From an uncultured Bacteroidales bacterium (lineage in GTDB: Bacteria > Bacteroidota > Bacteroidia > Bacteroidales > WCHB1-69), in NCBI GenBank assembly GCA_947169105.1, contig CAMVOL010000005.1:9171-73170 (forward strand): a stretch of DNA of 64,000 nucleotides, given 5' to 3'. The translations under genes and the position numbers were made by a program. Position 1 is the stretch's first letter. Each line of letters starts with the position of its first letter. A model generated the notes under the pieces. The model was not told the origin of the DNA, made no database searches, and saw nothing but the letters and a program-made list of their open reading frames with translations. Shown piece by piece: positions 61,682 to 64,000 of the stretch.

Positions 61682-62392
61682 ATGACTTATAAGCGTATTT
61701 TGTTGAAACTGAGCGGTGAGTCGCTGGCTGGCGACGACAGCTACGGTATTAATTATAAGGCGGTGCGGCATTATGCTTCTGAGATCCGCTCCGCCGTGGA
61801 GACGGGCGTGCAGGTGGGTGTCGTCATCGGCGGGGGCAACATCTTCCGCGGAGTGAGCGGCGCCGACAAGGGCTTCGACCGCCGTCAGGGCGACCACATG
61901 GGCATGTTGGCCACCATCATCAACTCTATGGCCTTGCAGGCTGTTCTGGAGGAACTGGACGTGAAAGCCAAGGTGCTCACCTCCCTCGAAGTGGAGGGCA
62001 TGACCGAAAAAATCTTCTTCAAGAATGCGGAACGCTACCTCAACGAAGGGTGCGTCGTCATCTTCGGTGGCGGCACCGGCAACCCCTTCTTCACCACCGA
62101 CTCCGCCGCCGCCCTCCGCGCCGTCGAAATCAAAGCCGACCTGCTGCTCAAGGGCACCCGCGTGGATGGCGTCTATACCGCCGACCCCGAAAAGGACCCC
62201 ACCGCCACCAAGTACAGCCGCATCACCTTCACCGAGGCCTACGAAAAACACCTCAAAATCATGGATCTGACGGCCTTCACCATCTGCAAGGACAACAATA
62301 TGCCCGTCTATGTCTATGATGCCAACGGGGAAGGCAACCTGATGAAGGTGCTTTCCGGCGAACCCATCGGCACCCTTTGTTATAACGAATAA
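61682..62392 (+). CDS. pyrH: UMP kinase
   Basis: YKRILLKLSGESL and GGGNIFRG motifs. The start is trimmed from the TTG at 61655. Confidence 0.92.
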   Translation: MTYKRILLKLSGESLAGDDSYGINYKAVRHYASEIRSAVETGVQVGVVIGGGNIFRGVSGADKGFDRRQGDHMGMLATIINSMALQAVLEELDVKAKVLTSLEVEGMTEKIFFKNAERYLNEGCVVIFGGGTGNPFFTTDSAAALRAVEIKADLLLKGTRVDGVYTADPEKDPTATKYSRITFTEAYEKHLKIMDLTAFTICKDNNMPVYVYDANGEGNLMKVLSGEPIGTLCYNE

Positions 62393-62404
62393 ATTATCAG
62401 CCTT

Positions 62405-62818
62405 ATGGAAGAGAACACAACCGTTGTGGAACAACCCGAAATGATTGACATCAAAACCTACAAGACCGCCAACAAGCGGGCGCACTTCAAACGGCACATC
62501 GCCATCTATTTTCTGCTGATGATTGTGCTGTGGGTGCTCTACTTCTTCATCTTCCGAGAACCTAAAACGCCCGAAACCGCCGATGCACCGATGGGCCTCT
62601 TCCTCAAATGCCTCCTTTTCGTCACCATCATCTGGACCGTCCTCCTGTTCTTCCACTACCTTTTCGTCTATCGGCTCAACTCCACAATGATTGACCGCGA
62701 AATCAAGAAATTGCAGAAGGAGATCGAAAAGAAGAAAGCCCATCTGGAACAGCTCAAGGAGCAGGCCAAGCAGTTAGAGGAGTCCCCCAACACTGACACG
62801 AACAACGAAAACGAATAA
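62405..62818 (+). CDS. 2TM-domain membrane protein with C-terminal coiled coil
   Basis: Two hydrophobic helices (IAIYFLLMIVLWVLYFFIF and LLFVTIIWTVLLFFHYLFVY) are followed by KKLQKEIEKKKAHLEQLKEQAKQLEE. Confidence 0.6.
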   Translation: MEENTTVVEQPEMIDIKTYKTANKRAHFKRHIAIYFLLMIVLWVLYFFIFREPKTPETADAPMGLFLKCLLFVTIIWTVLLFFHYLFVYRLNSTMIDREIKKLQKEIEKKKAHLEQLKEQAKQLEESPNTDTNNENE

Positions 62819-62836
62819 TCAAATTACTTATATACA

Positions 62837-63400
62837 ATGACTGAAGAAACGAAAAAATGCCTGGATCAGGCAAAAGAGAGTATGAATTCGACGATTGCCT
62901 TCTTTGAGAAGGAGTTGCAGAAGGTGCGTGCCGGCAAGGCCAATCCGCAGATGCTGGAAGGCCTGAAGGTCGATTATTACGGCAACCCCACGCCCATTGA
63001 GCAGGTCGGCAACATCAACACGCCCGACGCCCGCCAGATCGTCATCCAGCCGTGGGAACGCAACATGCTCCCCATCATCGAAAAGGCCATCCTCGCCGCC
63101 AACCTCGGCTTCACCCCGCAGAACAACGGTGAGTTCATCCGCATCGTGGTGCCCTCCCTCACCGAGGAACGCCGCAAGGAGCTGGTGAAGAAAGTGAAAC
63201 AGGACACCGAACAGAACAAGGTGACTATCCGCAACATCCGCCGCACCGCCAACGACACCGCCAAGAAACTCAAGGACGGCGGCGTGCCGGAAGACGAGGC
63301 CAAGAAGCTCGAAGCCGACATCCAGAAGATGACCGACGACTTCATCGCCAAAATCGACAAGATGGCCGAAGCCAAAGAAAAAGAGATTATGACCGTTTAA
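62837..63400 (+). CDS. frr: Ribosome recycling factor
   Basis: 187 aa with LQKVRAGKANPQML, PWERNML and LTEERRKELVK motifs. Confidence 0.93.
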   Translation: MTEETKKCLDQAKESMNSTIAFFEKELQKVRAGKANPQMLEGLKVDYYGNPTPIEQVGNINTPDARQIVIQPWERNMLPIIEKAILAANLGFTPQNNGEFIRIVVPSLTEERRKELVKKVKQDTEQNKVTIRNIRRTANDTAKKLKDGGVPEDEAKKLEADIQKMTDDFIAKIDKMAEAKEKEIMTV

Positions 63401-63429
63401 TTTTTTATAACCTTTTAAAAATCAATACT

Positions 63430-63804
63430 ATGATTCCTGAAAATTTGAAGTATTCCAACGACCACGAATGGTTGAAAATGGATGGTGACATTGCATACGT
63501 AGGCATCACCGCTTACGCTGCTGAACAACTTGGTGACATCGTTTTTGTGGATGTCCCCTCTGTTGACGAAACTTTGGAACAGAACGAGGTTTTCGGTTCT
63601 GTGGAAGCCGTGAAGACCGTTTCCGACCTGATGCTGCCCATCGGCGGTGAGGTGATCGAATTCAACGAGGAACTCGACGGCAACCCCGCCCTCATCAACA
63701 CCGATCCTTACGGAGAAGGCTGGATCGTGAAGATCAAACCCACCAACCCGGCCGAGGCTGACACGCTGCTTGACGCAGCTGCTTACGCCGACCTCATCAA
63801 GTAA
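63430..63804 (+). CDS. gcvH: Glycine cleavage system H protein
   Basis: YSNDHEWLK and the lipoyl-lysine motif SVEAVKTVSDL. Confidence 0.92.
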   Translation: MIPENLKYSNDHEWLKMDGDIAYVGITAYAAEQLGDIVFVDVPSVDETLEQNEVFGSVEAVKTVSDLMLPIGGEVIEFNEELDGNPALINTDPYGEGWIVKIKPTNPAEADTLLDAAAYADLIK

Positions 63805-63831
63805 GTTGGTACGCAAATTCGCGACGAAAAA

Positions 63832-63861
63832 AACGCCCGAGTAATGTCGGGCGTTTTTTTT
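63832..63861 (+). terminator. Rho-independent terminator after gcvH
   Basis: An AACGCCCGA-gtaatg-TCGGGCGTT hairpin is followed by T8. Confidence 0.75.
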
Positions 63862-63908
63862 GTGGGGGAATATTTTTTCTAAAATGGTATTTATATTGCA
63901 AAAAGATG

Positions 63909-63916
63909 TATTTTTG
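63909..63916 (+). promoter_or_regulatory. -7 promoter box (TATTTTTG) for the terminal partial gene
   Basis: TAnnTTTG consensus in the context tgTAttTTTGcagtc, 19 nt upstream of the ATG at 63935. Confidence 0.45.
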
Positions 63917-63934
63917 CAGTCAAATTACATTCAA

Positions 63935-64000
63935 ATGTCAGCATATACCATTCGTATCGATAATGAAACAAAAATTCAGTTTGACCGGCTCTGCGAGATG
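63935..64000 (+). CDS. Partial ORF, possibly a RelB/DinJ-type antitoxin N-terminus (runs off the right edge)
   Basis: MSAYTIRIDNETKIQFDRLCEM resembles the N-terminal beta-strand/helix of RelB/DinJ antitoxins (xIRIDxExKxxxxxL). Only 22 aa are visible. Confidence 0.4.
   Translation, partial: MSAYTIRIDNETKIQFDRLCEM

Overview
This 64 kb window appears to come from a Bacteroidota chromosome, most likely Bacteroidales. The evidence is four proteins with T9SS C-terminal sorting domains, Fibrobacter-type (FISUMP) paralogous domains, many TAnnTTTG -7 promoter boxes, and no Shine-Dalgarno sequences.

Most of the window is housekeeping:
- Information processing: nusA (partial), mutS2, queF, rpmH, a surA-like PPIase, moxR, holB, radC, coaE, miaA, ygiQ, mnmA, pyrH, frr, yebC.
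- Metabolism: a heptose kinase, aspC, lpxH, nadA, gcvH, and a HydABC-type [FeFe]-hydrogenase operon.
- Two tRNAs: Gln-UUG and Gly-CCC.

Accessory or unusual content:
1. A tightly packed operon combining SDR, VOC and heterodisulfide-reductase-like CCG/Fe-S/NarI-like proteins, with no HdrA.
2. An ECF sigma factor followed, in the anti-sigma position, by a membrane-anchored protein ending in a T9SS type-B sorting domain.
3. An AT-rich DUF3990/DUF3791 gene pair directly downstream of queF, which is itself preceded by a preQ1-I-like pseudoknot.
4. Large T9SS cargo proteins: a peptidoglycan hydrolase, a glycine-rich beta-helix-like protein with a (DDP)n tract, and a C10 protease with CUB-like modules.
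5. A cluster of two FISUMP proteins flanking a tail-fibre-like repeat protein.
6. A family of composite intergenic elements: long imperfect hairpins around a conserved 20-nt core, plus 9-nt phased words fused to promoter boxes.
7. REP-like GAGACG palindromes.

I found no CRISPR array, rRNA, transposase or integrase. All family names come from my memory of motifs, and no searches were run. Several ORF-track N-termini start at TTG or GTG, and I trimmed them to downstream ATGs.
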